A stretch of DNA of 64,000 nt from Octopus sinensis. Taxonomy: Eukaryota. Each line of letters starts with the position of its first letter. Within the stretch, counting starts at the first letter, position 1. Made by a program: the position numbers and the translations under genes. The stretch covers positions 205,964,001 to 206,028,000 of the forward strand of contig NC_042998.1 of assembly GCF_006345805.1 (NCBI RefSeq), given 5' to 3'. Below, in pieces: positions 22,791 through 35,436 of the stretch. The notes under the pieces were generated by a model, which had not been told where the DNA came from, made no database searches, and was given only the letters and a program-made list of their open reading frames with translations.

Positions 22791-23874
22791 CATGCATCAA
22801 TAAGCGCATACATGCTGTATATTAAAATCCATGTGTGTGTGTTTGTATACATTTGTATATGTCTCTGAGAGACTATTGTGAGATTGTGTGTGTATATGCT
22901 GTCTATGACTCATGTATATATTTGTGTGGTGTGTGTGTGTAAGCTTTTGAACTCTGTTTATAATGGTAAATGTCTGATGTAATGAGGGTAGCAGTGTGTC
23001 ACCAAACCTAATAGCAGTAATAGTAGTAGTAGCAGCAGCAGCAGCAGCAACTAGTTAGATTGATGTCACAGTTGCAGAGAATAGGCAGAGCAATTCTGAC
23101 AACTGCAGACTCTACTGATTGCTTCACTCTGCAGGTAGACTTGTTGCAGTCCATTGCCGCACAATACACAGTAAAACATCTGCAAGTCTGTCGCAATTGC
23201 ATTGATAATTCTTTCAGCAAGTTTACTTGACCAATTACTGATTCCACCACCACAAGAAAACCGTACTACTGCAGCTTTTCCTACTTTTCCACACAAGACC
23301 ACTGGTTTAATACACACACACACACACTAGAACTAGTGGTGCTCTGTTACAATGTGTCCTCTCCACTGCATCATTTGCTGACACTACAATGGCCTCTGCT
23401 CTTCTGAAACTGTTGTCCCTACCCAAACCCATTCAATACATTTACATTTCCCCTTCTCCTTTTCTCTTCTCTCCACATTTCCACATTGTCTACATCTCTA
23501 TTCCCTGTCCCATACTGACTACACATCAGAGACCTCATCATTGTGAAACTGTTTCCACCCCCCACATCCCACTGTCTTCCTGGGACTCCACAATTATTCT
23601 TGTTCCTAAGACTACAAATCACTAGAAATGAAATTCCATCACTGACACCCCACCCACACACACACATCTTTGCCCCCCCCCTCTCTCTCACCAAATAATA
23701 CTAAACAGTCTCCAATGTTCTAATGTTCCTGAAACCAGACAATTAGCCTTCTATTCAAAAGAATATCCCAGCACTTATCTAACCTTACTCTAAGGAAGCT
23801 GAAAATGAACATAAGTCCTAGCTTCTATCTAATAAGCAGAGATTTAATCAAGATTTGTCAAGAGTATTGGACTT

Positions 23875-25116
23875 AATCACTACCAGAACTAGAGAGAAAA
23901 ATAATTTCATGTGTGGAAGCAAGGTCTGGAATCAAAAGGCCTTAGAATTAATTTAGTGAACACCAAAGTCTTAGCAAGAAGGAAACCAGACAAATCACAA
24001 ATCCCTTTGGGGGAGATGGCCCTGCTTGATATGTAGAAAAAGTGTAGGTAGAACCTCTATAAGATGTCCCCAGTGCAAGCTATGGACACATAAGAGGTGC
24101 AGCAGTATCAGAGGAAGGTCTTTGTGTGTGGCAGATGTGTAGTCCACAATGAACACTAGGAATGTACAAAGTATAGACTTCTTCAAATGCCCAGCGGGAT
24201 ATTTAGAAATGGTAGATAGCTTCTGTTACCTTGGTGACAAAATCAGCAATGGAGGAGGATGCTCTGAGAGTGTAGCTGCTGGAATAAGAATGGGCTGGGC
24301 CAGGTTCAGAGAGCTGCTACCTTTATTGGTAACAAAGAGTCTTTCCCTCAGAATGAAAGGCAAATTGTATGATGCTCATGTGCAAACAGCCATGCCACAT
24401 GGCAGTGAAACATGGCTGTGACTACAGGGGCCATGCAAAGGCTAGACAGAAATGAAACCAGTATGCTTCACTGGAGGTGCAATATCAGTGTGTATACACA
24501 ACAGAGTGCAAGTGTCTTGAGAGAAAAATTGGATATAAGAGGCATCAGATGTGGTGTACAAGAGAGAAGACTGTGCCGGTATGGCCATGCGATGCGTATG
24601 GACGAGGACAGATGCATAAAGATGCTAATCTCTAACTGTGGAGGGAACCTGTGGAAGATGACATGGATGAAGCTAAATGAAATATGGTGGAAGATGACAT
24701 GGGATGTGGTGGTGAAATGTGATCTTCAGATGTTGAGTCTCAGAGAGGCAATGACAAGTGACCAGGACTTGGCAGTTTGCTGTGCTTGAGAAGATCTATG
24801 AAGCTGAATGAAATCACAGTGATGGCCAGTGCCAGTGACACGAAAAAGGCACCCATGGTGGTGACACATAAATGGCACCTGTGGCAATGACATGCAAAAG
24901 GCACCCATGGCAGTGACACTTAAAAGGTACCTGTAGTGGTGACACACAAAGGCACCCTGTACAATCTGTGGAGTGGCTGGTATTAGGAAAGGCATCCAAC
25001 TATGGAAACCAAACGAAAACAGACTGGAGCCTGGTGCAACTCTCTAATTTACCAGTTCCAGTCAAATCATCTAATCCAAGCCAGCATGGAAAACGAATAC
25101 TAAATGATGATGATGA
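23875..25116 (+). mobile_element. 5'-truncated RTE-clade LINE (older subfamily, 26-bp UTR units)
   Basis: FCYLGDKISNGGGC, WARFRELLPLL, MPHGSETW, RYGHAMRM; tail ccagcatggaaaacg..gatgatgat. Confidence 0.88.
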
Positions 25117-25482
25117 CTGTAGCAGATTTGAAACTAAATTGCTAGGTAACCAAGTAGATATCACAGCCAAGCTACAGTAATTTCATGCAATCAGCTGATT
25201 AAGCAACCAATCAGTATCAAGCCATCATGTGATTTGACTTTCTAGAACTTTCTCATTAAACCCTGTATAAAGGTGGGTTTTGGTGGTAATCCCAGAAATG
25301 TTGAGACAGCCACTCAATGTCTCCATTCTCATCCACCACCAGCCATTGGCAGACAGAAGACACAGATTTTGTTGCCATGAATATAGCGTGATTATTTCCC
25401 AGTTGTGATGGGCCAACCACAGATTGCTATATCAGTTAAATTGTCGTAGATCCCAGTAGTATGTCTCTATGTGTAAGTGTCA

Positions 25483-26163
25483 CATCATCGTTTAATGTCC
25501 GTTTTCCATGCCGGCATGGGCTGGAAAGTTTGACTGGGGATTGGCAAGCCATGAGGCTGCACCAGGCTCCAATCTGATCTGGCAATGTTTCTACAACTGG
25601 ATGCCCTTCCTAACACCAACCACTCTGAGAGGGTAATGGGTGCTTTTTACATGCCACTGGCATGGGAGAGCCAGTCAGGTGGCACTGGCATCAACCACAT
25701 TTGGATGGTGCTTTTTACGTTCCACTGGCATAGGGAGCCAGTCAGGTGACACTGGCATCGGCCACAACTACAATTTCCATTTGATTGTGATTTGATTTTT
25801 GATTTTTGGGGGTTTTTTTGATACGGCTGGATGCCCTTCCTAACGCCAACCACTCCATGAGTGTAGTGGGTGCTTTTTACGTGCCAGACAAGGCTGGCAA
25901 ACGGCCACGATCGGATGGCACGTAAAAAGCACCATCCGATCGTGGCCGTTTGCCAGCCTCATCTGGCACCTGTGCCGGTGGCACATAAAAAGCACCCACT
26001 ACACTCATGGAGTGGTTGGCATTAGGAAGGGCATCCAGCCGTAGAAACATTGCCAGATCAGACTGGGCCTGGTGCAGCCTTCTGGCTTCCCAGACCCCAG
26101 TCGCACCGTCCAACCCATGCCAGCATGGAAAACGGATGCTAAACGATGATGATGATGATGATG
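25483..26163. mobile_element. Cluster of RTE tails: 25483-25800(-), 25822-25918(-), 25915-26163(+)
   Basis: Tail motifs in both orientations; the last two form a fold-back. Confidence 0.85.
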
Positions 26164-26929
26164 ACCATCACAGAAAACACCATGTGCAGTAAATAGATTT
26201 TTTGTTAATGTTCCCAAGTGTTGCTTCTTACTTCTACATACAGCCCTAGAAATACATTTTCAGTCACCAGCAGCAAACATCACACATGATAGCACATTGA
26301 GGTCTTTTATTAAAAAATTTTAAAGACATAAAAAATAGACAAATTGTGGATAAGAAGGAATATTGTTATTGTTCTTCCAGTCAACTTTAGATTTCTCTTG
26401 TTCTCAACCAAATCCCCAAATTCTGTAAACTATCTTAAGCTAATCAACTTCTTAAAAGAATATTTTCAGATAACAGGCGAATGGGTTGGTTCTAATTGTT
26501 TTGTTTGCTCTTTCTATGCGATAGGTCAACTTCAAAGAGAAGAAATGAAGAAAGATATAAAATAGTAACAAACTCAAGATCAAGTTGATTGTGTAGAAAA
26601 AGGAAAATATGCTCGAACTGAGAATGAGCCAAGTGTTCCTTTTGTTTGTGACCCGTGTGATTTTGGCCTACTTTATCCATCATTAGGTGTTACACTTCTT
26701 ATATTTTAACTTATTCATTAGTGTTTCAGTGAAGACCCCATGTTGCAATCAACTCCCTAAAAACTTAATGATCTCTCCTTAACATCACACCATGACACAG
26801 CAGACAATATAAATTTCTTGAATTATTTAAGACTGACTTCAACTTCTGGTGTCATTTCAACATCAGTAGTCAAAAAAGATAGGTCATGGTTTTGCATCAT
26901 TTCTACAATGATATTTGCCACATGAATGC

Positions 26930-27095
26930 AAGGGTGGCTACGGAGTTAATAAGTTTGCTTTGTAACCACATGGTTCCAGGTTCGAGTCTATGTACAGCAC
27001 TTTGTCCAAGTAACTTCTATTATAGCCTGAAGTTAACCAAAACTTAGACTGAGATTCAGTCGACCTAAACTGTGTGAAAGCCCATCGCATGTATT
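26930..27095 (+). mobile_element. tRNA-derived SINE, family 2 (degraded)
   Basis: gtggctacggagttaataagtttgcttt..aaccacatggttccaggttcgagtc. Confidence 0.6.
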
Positions 27096-27125
27096 TATGC
27101 CTGTGTATGGATATATCTTACCATA

Positions 27126-27800
27126 TGCAGGGTGTTCAGACTGAATTTCACAATTTCTTGTGTCACCTTTTTTCCGGAACAGTTGAGTGAACAGTCAATG
27201 GCATTGGAGAGCATGGAGGACAGAAAGTTATCTGAATATTGGAAAATATTCACCTGTATCATATTTGTGCCGGGTATCAAAATGCTGACATCATGACTGT
27301 GGCTGAGCGCTCTGTGAACACTGAAAAGGCTGTCAGATGTGACATAGACAGCTGTAACAGTGACTATGAAGCTGTGGCTGGCAGGAAGAGAAACAGCAGG
27401 CATTCTGCACACTAGAATTCAACCAAAAACTGATGAACAGGGCCTTACACCCAATTCAGAGGTACTATGTGAAGCTACTGGGGACTGGTCAATCCCTAGC
27501 TGGAGAGGGTTGCTGCTGGAAGGCCATAGGGGTAGCAGCAGGACTCAGCTCCTTGCTATACTTCCAGAAAAAAATTAGAAGTGATTGTTGGAGAATTTTT
27601 ATGACTTTATCATCGTTAATTTCTGGCCTCCTAATTCCTCCAATTGCAATTCCATAGATGTGTGGGGTACATTTGCGAAAGACATCAACCACTCTGCTTG
27701 CAATACCAAGGCTGAGCTGGTGGCCAACATCAAGATGTTCAAAGATCTTCCCAGACACAGTGAGAAACTCACATACTCAGTTCCAATATCATCTTGAATG
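27126..27800 (+). pseudogene. Tc1/mariner superfamily, DD37D (maT-type) transposase relic
   Basis: Starts cagggtgttc (mariner-like TIR start). RVAAGRP..QQDSAPCYTSRK...ENFYDF..FWPPNSSNCNSID gives 37 residues between the 2nd and 3rd Asp after one frameshift correction; stops present. Confidence 0.78.
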
Positions 27801-29277
27801 AAAAATCTCTCTACTCATACAATATGTTGTAAACTTAAGAATGAAAGGCAAAATTGAGCTTGGTGGAATTTGCACTCTGATCATAAAGAGCTGGGAGAAA
27901 TGCCATTAAGTTTTTGTCCAGCACACTAACAATTTTAGTGTGGGGGGGGGCAAAGATAATGATGAGGATGATGAATATTTTGAAGATAAAATGATTAACT
28001 TATCAAGATGGAAGTATAAAATCAGGATACAGAGTAGGAGGAAATAAAGTTATTGTTGAACAAAAGACTCCAGCCATGACCATCCTGTCATATTAGGATT
28101 AAGTAGGATTATGTTATTTAATGTATTTTCCTTGTTTTGGAGAGTCAAATAAGTTTTCAGAGAGATTTAGCTGTTTTGTCTAACACAGCCAGTGACCACC
28201 AAGTAGCTTCTGTTCTGGCGAGTTTCACTAACACAGCTTTTACCAACTTGAAGGTATAGTAAAAGACTGTTGTTACCCACACGGCTTTACACTGCACACT
28301 AGAATTCATCCCAAAACTGATGAAAATGACAAAACCACTTGCAGTGACCATGAATACTCCACACTCACTTGACCACCTCCTCACCACTAATGTTTTTAAT
28401 TCATTTTGTTATTTTGCAGCTCTTCTTCACATTTACTGTTCAAAGACTCAGGTATTGTCTACATCAAGCCTTGTGATTGAGAGTTTATACTTTATCTATT
28501 GTACTGCCTAGTGGCTTCATGGTTAGGATGTTGCACTCACAAGTGTCAGATCATGGGTTTGATTCCCAGACTGGGTGGGTTGTTTTGTTTCAGCTTCATT
28601 TCATGATACTGTAGTACTGTGTAGGGACCAACATGTCAAAGATTAGACCACCCAACGTTTCTGATGTGTGTTGTAGAAGGGGACTAAAAGAGGTTGAGGA
28701 TTTGCACTCCAGCCTTGTAAAACCATGTAAACCAGCAACAACTACCCAAATATACCCATGGGTTGGAGGGTTGTTGCCTGGGTGGTGTAGAGGCATCATT
28801 CACCAAGAGTCGAAGGGAATGGTGGATACGCTTTTACAGCACATGCCCCACACACACACACACACACACACCACTGCCCGTGATATTAAACTTTCAGTAA
28901 CAACAGCCTTCAAAGAACCTGTATCAGGAGAACGACCAACCAAAACATTCACTCCACAATCATGACTTTATATTGGTTAGACACCCTACCTTATCATCTT
29001 TATCACCCCCATCGTCCTCTCTCTCTCCCTGCATCACAATGCCCTTAATTTAGGAATTCATTTTCTCTCTACCATCCACCATCACACTGGTGTTAACCAT
29101 CACTTCACCCACTCCATAATGATTGACAAACATTGACACTCCTCACTTGCTGCTGCCTATTTCTATAACTATCCATCACTCACTCTCCCTCTCACCACTA
29201 AACAGGAAGTTGCCACCTCTCTCTCTCGCTCACCTAAAAACCTCTGCCATTACTGTTTTTCTCTTCTAATATTCTCC

Positions 29278-29959
29278 TGGCATTCGCCAGCCTCATCTGG
29301 CACCTGTGTCGGTGGCACATAAAAACACCATCCGAAGACCCGGCAAGACTAGTCAGGCCATAACCCGTGGCCCCTACCTGGGACGTAGTCAGTCCACCTG
29401 TGCATACCTTCCTTCTTGTGACACTTGTGAAGACCTGTTGAGGCAAGTGAAAATCAAATCAAAACAATCAAATAGATGAACATCAATGGAATTGTATCTT
29501 TGTGGTACCAGTGCCGGTGGCACACAAGAAAATCATCCGAACATGGCCGTAGCCAGTACCGCATAGACTGGCCTCCGTGCTTTGGGGACGTAACAAACAC
29601 CATCCGATCGTGGCCGTCCGCCAGCTCATCTGGCACCTGTGTCGGTGGCACATAAAAACACCATCCGAGCGTGGCCGTCTGCCAGCCTCGTCTGGCACCT
29701 GTGTCGGTGGCACATAAAAACACCATCCGAGCGTGGCCGTTCGCCAGCCTCGTCTGGCACCTGTGTCGGTGGCACATAAAATCACCCACTACACTCTCGG
29801 AGTGGTTGGCGTTAGGAAGGGCATCCAGCTGTAGAAACACTGCCAGATCTGACTGGCCTGGTGCAGCCTTCGGGCTCCCCAGACCCCAGTTGAACCGTCC
29901 AACCCATGCTAGCATGGAAAACGGACGCTAAATGATGATGATGATGATGATGATGATGA
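29278..29959 (+). mobile_element. Young RTE 3'UTR with ~60-bp tandem units and (GAT)n tail
   Basis: ORF terminus aagacccggcaagactag (KTRQD*) at about 29335, units gccagcctcgtctggcacctgtgtcggtggcacataaaaacaccatccgagcgtggccgt, canonical tail. Confidence 0.9.
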
Positions 29960-31286
29960 CTTTCACTTCTGTTACTCTCTCTTCTAAGAACCCCACCCCA
30001 ACAAATTTGTTCTTCCTGTTCACAATTCTTTCACTATCCTATCCTCTTTTACCATCTCTTTTCACAATATTATCCTCTGAGATGGACCCCCATAGCCATT
30101 TGAAGTTTTAAAAGAAATTCATTATATTTTTAATCAAATATTATTAGGAATTGTGTAAAGAAAAATTAATAAAATATTCTGTGCTTTGTAGAATTACAGT
30201 TGATTTACTGCACATGTAACTTTTTAAAACAAAATCTTACATGGAGCCCCTAGAATCATGTAGTGTCCCCAGGGTCATGTGGAGCCCTACGGTCATGGTT
30301 GAGAACCACTGGTGTAGTGTCTACATTTATTTTTGTTTGACCAACTACATGCAGTGGTCACTTGTAAAGGAGCCTCGTTGTGGTAGATGTAGCAGCTAAA
30401 TCTCCCTTAAACCAAATTATTCTGTCTTATAAACAAGACACACTGGATAATGTAGTCTGGAAAAAAATAAGATATGTTTACTTAGGGGTCTGTTGGCCAG
30501 GGATGAACCAACACTAAACAAGAAAATCTAGGCTTATACAATAACAACTAGTAGTAAGTAAAAAATAAGGCAACTTATTTATGTATTTCTCTTTTAAATA
30601 ATATGTTAAGTTAGCTTTGAGGGGTAGGTGGGTTGATTTGACAAACAGACACAGAGATAGACAGACAGACTAGCAGGCAGAGAAACTGACAGATAGACAG
30701 ACAGATGGACAAACAGAGAAATAGAGTGACAAATAGACAGACAGATTGACATTGAGACAGGCAGATAGATTAACAGACAGGCAGATAGATTGATAGAGAC
30801 AGGTAAACAAGAGAGATGAATGGATAGACAGACAGATAACAATTGTAGAATGAGTCTGTAGAAGAGAAAGATATAGAAAGATATAGTGAAGGCTGATCAC
30901 AGAATACTGAAGCTCAGAAATAATAAGAGCTCATGGTTTGTAGAAAGAAGTAGCGGAAAAAAATTAATCCAACCCACAAATAAGGGGAAAAGATGATGAT
31001 GATATTTAATTAATCCAATAAGTAAATTATATATGTAGGAGCTTAACTAAAAAGATATCAAGTTATAAAACCATGAGGAGCCTCAACACAACACAAAAGA
31101 CAAGGCTAAAACTTTGATCTTTCTGCTCATTCTCAATATCTACAACATTTTCCATTTTAAGAAAATTCATAAAATATCAGAATCAGACACTTTTTCTTTC
31201 TTAATTGTGAACAACATCATTTCTGTTTAATACTGTTGATGCAATTCTAGAGTGTTCGTTGTAATCATTTTCATTCTTCTCCATCA

Positions 31287-31294
<8 letters not shown>

Positions 31295-31379
<85 letters not shown>

Positions 31380-31405
31380 GTATATATATATATATATATA
31401 TATAG

Positions 31406-31464
<59 letters not shown>

Positions 31465-31465
31465 T
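31295..31465. repeat. Compound (CT)n(AT)n(GA)n(TA)n(GA)n microsatellite
   Basis: Directly visible. Confidence 0.95.
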
Positions 31466-32261
31466 TTTTTTCTTCTTGTTTGACTCTTTCTTTCTTTCAT
31501 TGTATTTTCTCTTTTTCTTTTCTGATTCCAATTTTACTGAAACTCAACATTCTGTACAAAAGATCGGAAAGGAAATTAGCCATCTCCACTACTGAAGATG
31601 GAAGCACAAAAAGGAATTATTGATTTTTGCAAACAATCAATAATTAAAAAGAGTCACAAGAACAACTCTTTTGGCTTAGAAATAAAGATATTTTGTTGAA
31701 GTAGATGAGAATAATAAGAACCAAGCCTTGCTCGGTTGGCACCTTCTTATTCCTAATCTAAGAGCCTGACAGCACCATGTCAAGTTGTATAGCTACAAGC
31801 TAAACACACCATTCTTTATTTTGAAAGAATTTTCTTTTTCACTTTATTTCCTCCCTGACATTTTTGTTGTTGTTGTCTTACTTTAACAGAACAGTCTGTT
31901 CTATAACTTGAAGATTATTTCAAACCCAATATGACTTTATGTCATGATCTTTAGTAGAAATTACCAAAAGAATGTAAAACTTAAAAGTTAATACAGTAGA
32001 TATTTAGACAAATGAAACAGAGACATGAGATTAGGGGCTGATGTAGAGTTGAACTGGTAGAAGAACAGTTGTAGAAAAGGGGCTGAAATTTAACAAAGAA
32101 GTGATAAAGAAAATAGTGAAACAAACGTTGAAAAAAAGTGGAAATGTGGAAAATTATGGCACGGGAGGGATATAGTGTTAAACTGCTTACAGAGGTGTAT
32201 GGAAGAAGTGTCAGATAGAACTTCTTATTGTATCATCATCATCAATTTGACTCAGGTTAGT

Positions 32262-32460
32262 TCTTATTCCTGGTAGAATTTATGTGGGTACTACCTGTAA
32301 CCTTAGGTATCCACAAGCCACAAGCTTTCAATTGTCTTTCATGTGCTTAAGAACCCCCCCACCCACCCGCAATAATTTTTCCTATCCCTATGAGGCAAAC
32401 TTTACTGTTTAAGCTCTACAGGGCATTCCATTCCAATCTCCTTCAGCCATTTGTCTATAA
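32262..32460 (-). mobile_element. R4/Dong-type 3' end fragment
   Basis: ttcttattcctggtagaatttatgtgggta...ccttaggtatccacaagc is shared with 59718-59785. Confidence 0.55.
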
Positions 32461-32479
32461 CTTTGCTTATGATTATTAT

Positions 32480-33345
32480 TATTGTTTTAATGCTGATGTT
32501 TGCTTGGGGGAGAATTGTGTTTGAAGCTGCATGGACTAGGACCTCTGTTTTCTCAAGGTTTATGGTCAGTCCATAAAGCCTTCATGCTTCTGTAAAACAA
32601 TCAGCAATGGGCAGCAGGTGATTCTCCTTGTGTGCCATAAGGATAAAGTCTTCTGCAAATAGGGCTTCAATGATGAGCTTTTTCTGATGGTTTGAGTAGA
32701 GAGTCAACGGAAGTCAAAAACAGAGCCGTCTGAGTGATATTTAATGTATAAAGATTTAGGATTTTCACTGTGTAAAGTAGGACCAGTGTGAAGAACAAGT
32801 TGAACAAGACGGTGGGTGAGTACATAGCCTGGTTTCACACCATTGGAGATGTTGGAAGAGTTAGTGCAGTCACATTGCAGAGAATTTGTGTGGGCAGCCC
32901 AGCTTGGTTACCATGGTCCAGAAAGCTTCTCTTATGACTGTGTCAAAAGCTTTGGTCAGGTCTATGAACACAGTACAAATCCATTTGTTGTTCAATACAT
33001 TTCTCCTTGACTTGACACACAACAAACACCATGAGTATGGTGCTGCAGCAAGGGCTGAAGCCACACTGGGCTTCAGGCAAGTTGCTCTCAGATACACTGG
33101 TGATGAGCTTGTTGAAGAGGATGTGAGCCAGGATTTTTCAAGCAATGGAAAGCAGGGAAATGCCCCTGTAATTTCCACAGTCTGATTTGGCTCCTTTGTT
33201 CTTGTAGAGTCTGCTGGCATACACCCCCCCCCCCAAACAGATACAAGGATGTCATGGAATGCACTGAAAGTGTCTTGTACAGTTCAGCAGAAATTCCATC
33301 TGCTCCTGCAGCCCTGCCACAGTTCATTTCTTTTATGGCAGGTCA
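32480..33345 (-). mobile_element. RTE/BovB-like LINE RT fragment
   Basis: MNCGRAAGADGISAELYK, FIDLTKAFDTVIREAFWTMVTKLGCPHKF, ISNGVKPG, EALFAED. Confidence 0.8.
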
Positions 33346-33404
33346 AGGTTTTGAGTAGAGGCTTCTGATAATAATAATAATGATGATGATGAGGATAATA
33401 ATAT

Positions 33405-34810
33405 GACCTCAAACTTTATGGTAAAGATGAATCCTAAGTCAGTTCCCTTGTTAAAACGGTGTATACTTTCAATGCTGATATCAGAATGGAGTAAGACTTG
33501 AAGAGAGGCAAAATCAAATGTATGGACTGGCTAGCAATACCGTCAAGGGAGGTTATGAAGTAGATAGAAGTGACGGGCTATAAGTGCTTAGGGATACTGG
33601 AAATGGATAAATTGATGGAGAAAGAAATAACAGAAAAATTTGAGGTGGAGTACTTGTGCAGACTGAGACTGATCCTTAAGTCAAAATCAAATGGATGGAA
33701 TAAGATTGAAGATATCAACATCTGGGTGGTTTCACTCCTTAGATATAGAGCAGGGGTAATCGCATGGACAGTAAACGAACTAAACAGCTTAGACAGAAAG
33801 ACAAAGAAGTTGCTGACTAGATATGGGATACTCCACCCAAAAAATGACACAGACAGACTGTATGTACCAAGAAAAAGAGGGGGAAAAGGAATGATTGGAT
33901 GTGAACACAGCATTAGAGCAGAAAAAAACCACATAGTATGGTATGTGAAAAATGCTACAGAACCGCTAGACGGTCAGGATTGTGTAGAATGGAAGATTGC
34001 AAAGATAAAGCACTGTAGAAGCACTTGAGAATGAATAAAACTGAAAACAGGTGGATAAAGAAAAAGAATGCATGGATAATTTCATAGGGATGTTGAAGAC
34101 AGAGAAAAAAGATGGCTATGGATGATTTAAAACCAGAAATGGGGGCTCTAATCTGTGCTGCCCAAGAGCAAGCATTAAGAACCAATTACATCAAATACAG
34201 AATAGACAGCACATCAGAAAGTGACAAGTGCAGAATTTGTGGACAGAATGGTGAAACCGTATGGCATATTACCAGCCAATGTATGCCACTAGCCCAGAAA
34301 GAATATAAGAGCCATCATGACAACATAGCAAGGATTGTCCATTGGACACTTTTGCAACAAGTATGGACTTGACAGAGCAAAAATGTGGTACAAACATAAA
34401 CCCAAAGGCATCATCGAAAATGATAATGCAAAGATGCTATGGGATTTTGTGATTCAGTATGACCATGAGATAGAGAATAGGAAACCAGACATAGTGTTAA
34501 TTGAGAAAGAAAGCAAACGATGCTTGATCATAGATATAGCATGCCCAGCTGATAACAAGGTATGCGATCAGGAGGTTAAGCAGTTATGAAAAAGGTGGTA
34601 GTAGTAGCAATCATTTTCAGAGCCCTGGGAACAGTGAGTAAAAATCTTGAGAAGTAAATAGAACAAATAGAGGCTGCAATAAGGGTGGAGAACTTGCAGA
34701 AAAAAGCACTGCTTGGATACTCTGAATGGTGCTTGGAAAATAAGGGGTGTTACCTTAGTCCACTGGTAGTACATCTCCAGTATTAGAAGCTGTGCAAAGA
34801 CAATAAAATA
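33405..34810 (+). mobile_element. 5'-truncated R4/Dong-clade LINE ending in (TAA)n
   Basis: YKCLGILE, RLYVPRKRGGKG, AAQEQALRTNY, CRICGQNGETVWHITSQC, RKPDIVLI, DIACP; followed by aataatgataataataataat. Confidence 0.9.
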
Positions 34811-35084
34811 ATGATAATAATAATAATAATAAGACATGCATGTTATTATTATTATTATTATTATTATTATAGATGTAATGACTCTCCCAAGTAACAAGAT
34901 GAGTTTTATTTGTTTTGTCTACATCAATGATTACTACTTGATTGGTATTGCTACTTGTTAGAGCGTTTCTATGGATTTGAAGCCATTATATTATTTCTGG
35001 TTTATGATGATGATGATGATGATGATGAATGTGCTATTGAGTTGAAAAGCTCGTCTGATATAAAAGACAATAGCCAAACTGCTA

Positions 35085-35395
35085 TCATCATCATCATCAT
35101 TTAACGTCCACTTTCCGTGCTAGCATGGGTTGGATGATTTGACTGAGGTCTGGCGAGCCAGACTCCAATCTGATCTGGCAGAGTTTCTACAGCTGGATAC
35201 CCTTCCTAACACCAACCACTCCAAGAGTGTAGTGGGTGTTTTTACATGCCACCGGCACGAGGGCCAGTTTGGTGGTACTGGCAACAGCTATGCCCAAATG
35301 CAGCCACCTGCACAGGAGCCAGTCTAGCGGCACTGGCGACGACCTCGCTTGAATATTTCACATGCCACCAGCACAAGTGCAAGTAAGGCAACGCG
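35085..35395 (-). mobile_element. RTE 3'UTR/tail copy
   Basis: catcatcat ttaacgtccactttccgtgctagcatggg...cccttcctaacaccaaccactcc. Confidence 0.8.
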
Positions 35396-35436
35396 GTAAA
35401 AAAAGGACACATCAGAGAAATTTGCCTACAGAGAGG

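Noticed and set aside
22198-22852. His/Thr-rich ORFs
   Set aside because: Translation of (CA)n/(TG)n low-complexity DNA.
30060-30311. hAT-type MITE (ggttgagaaccactg terminus)
   Set aside because: Only one TIR-like end is visible; I cannot define the element or a TSD.
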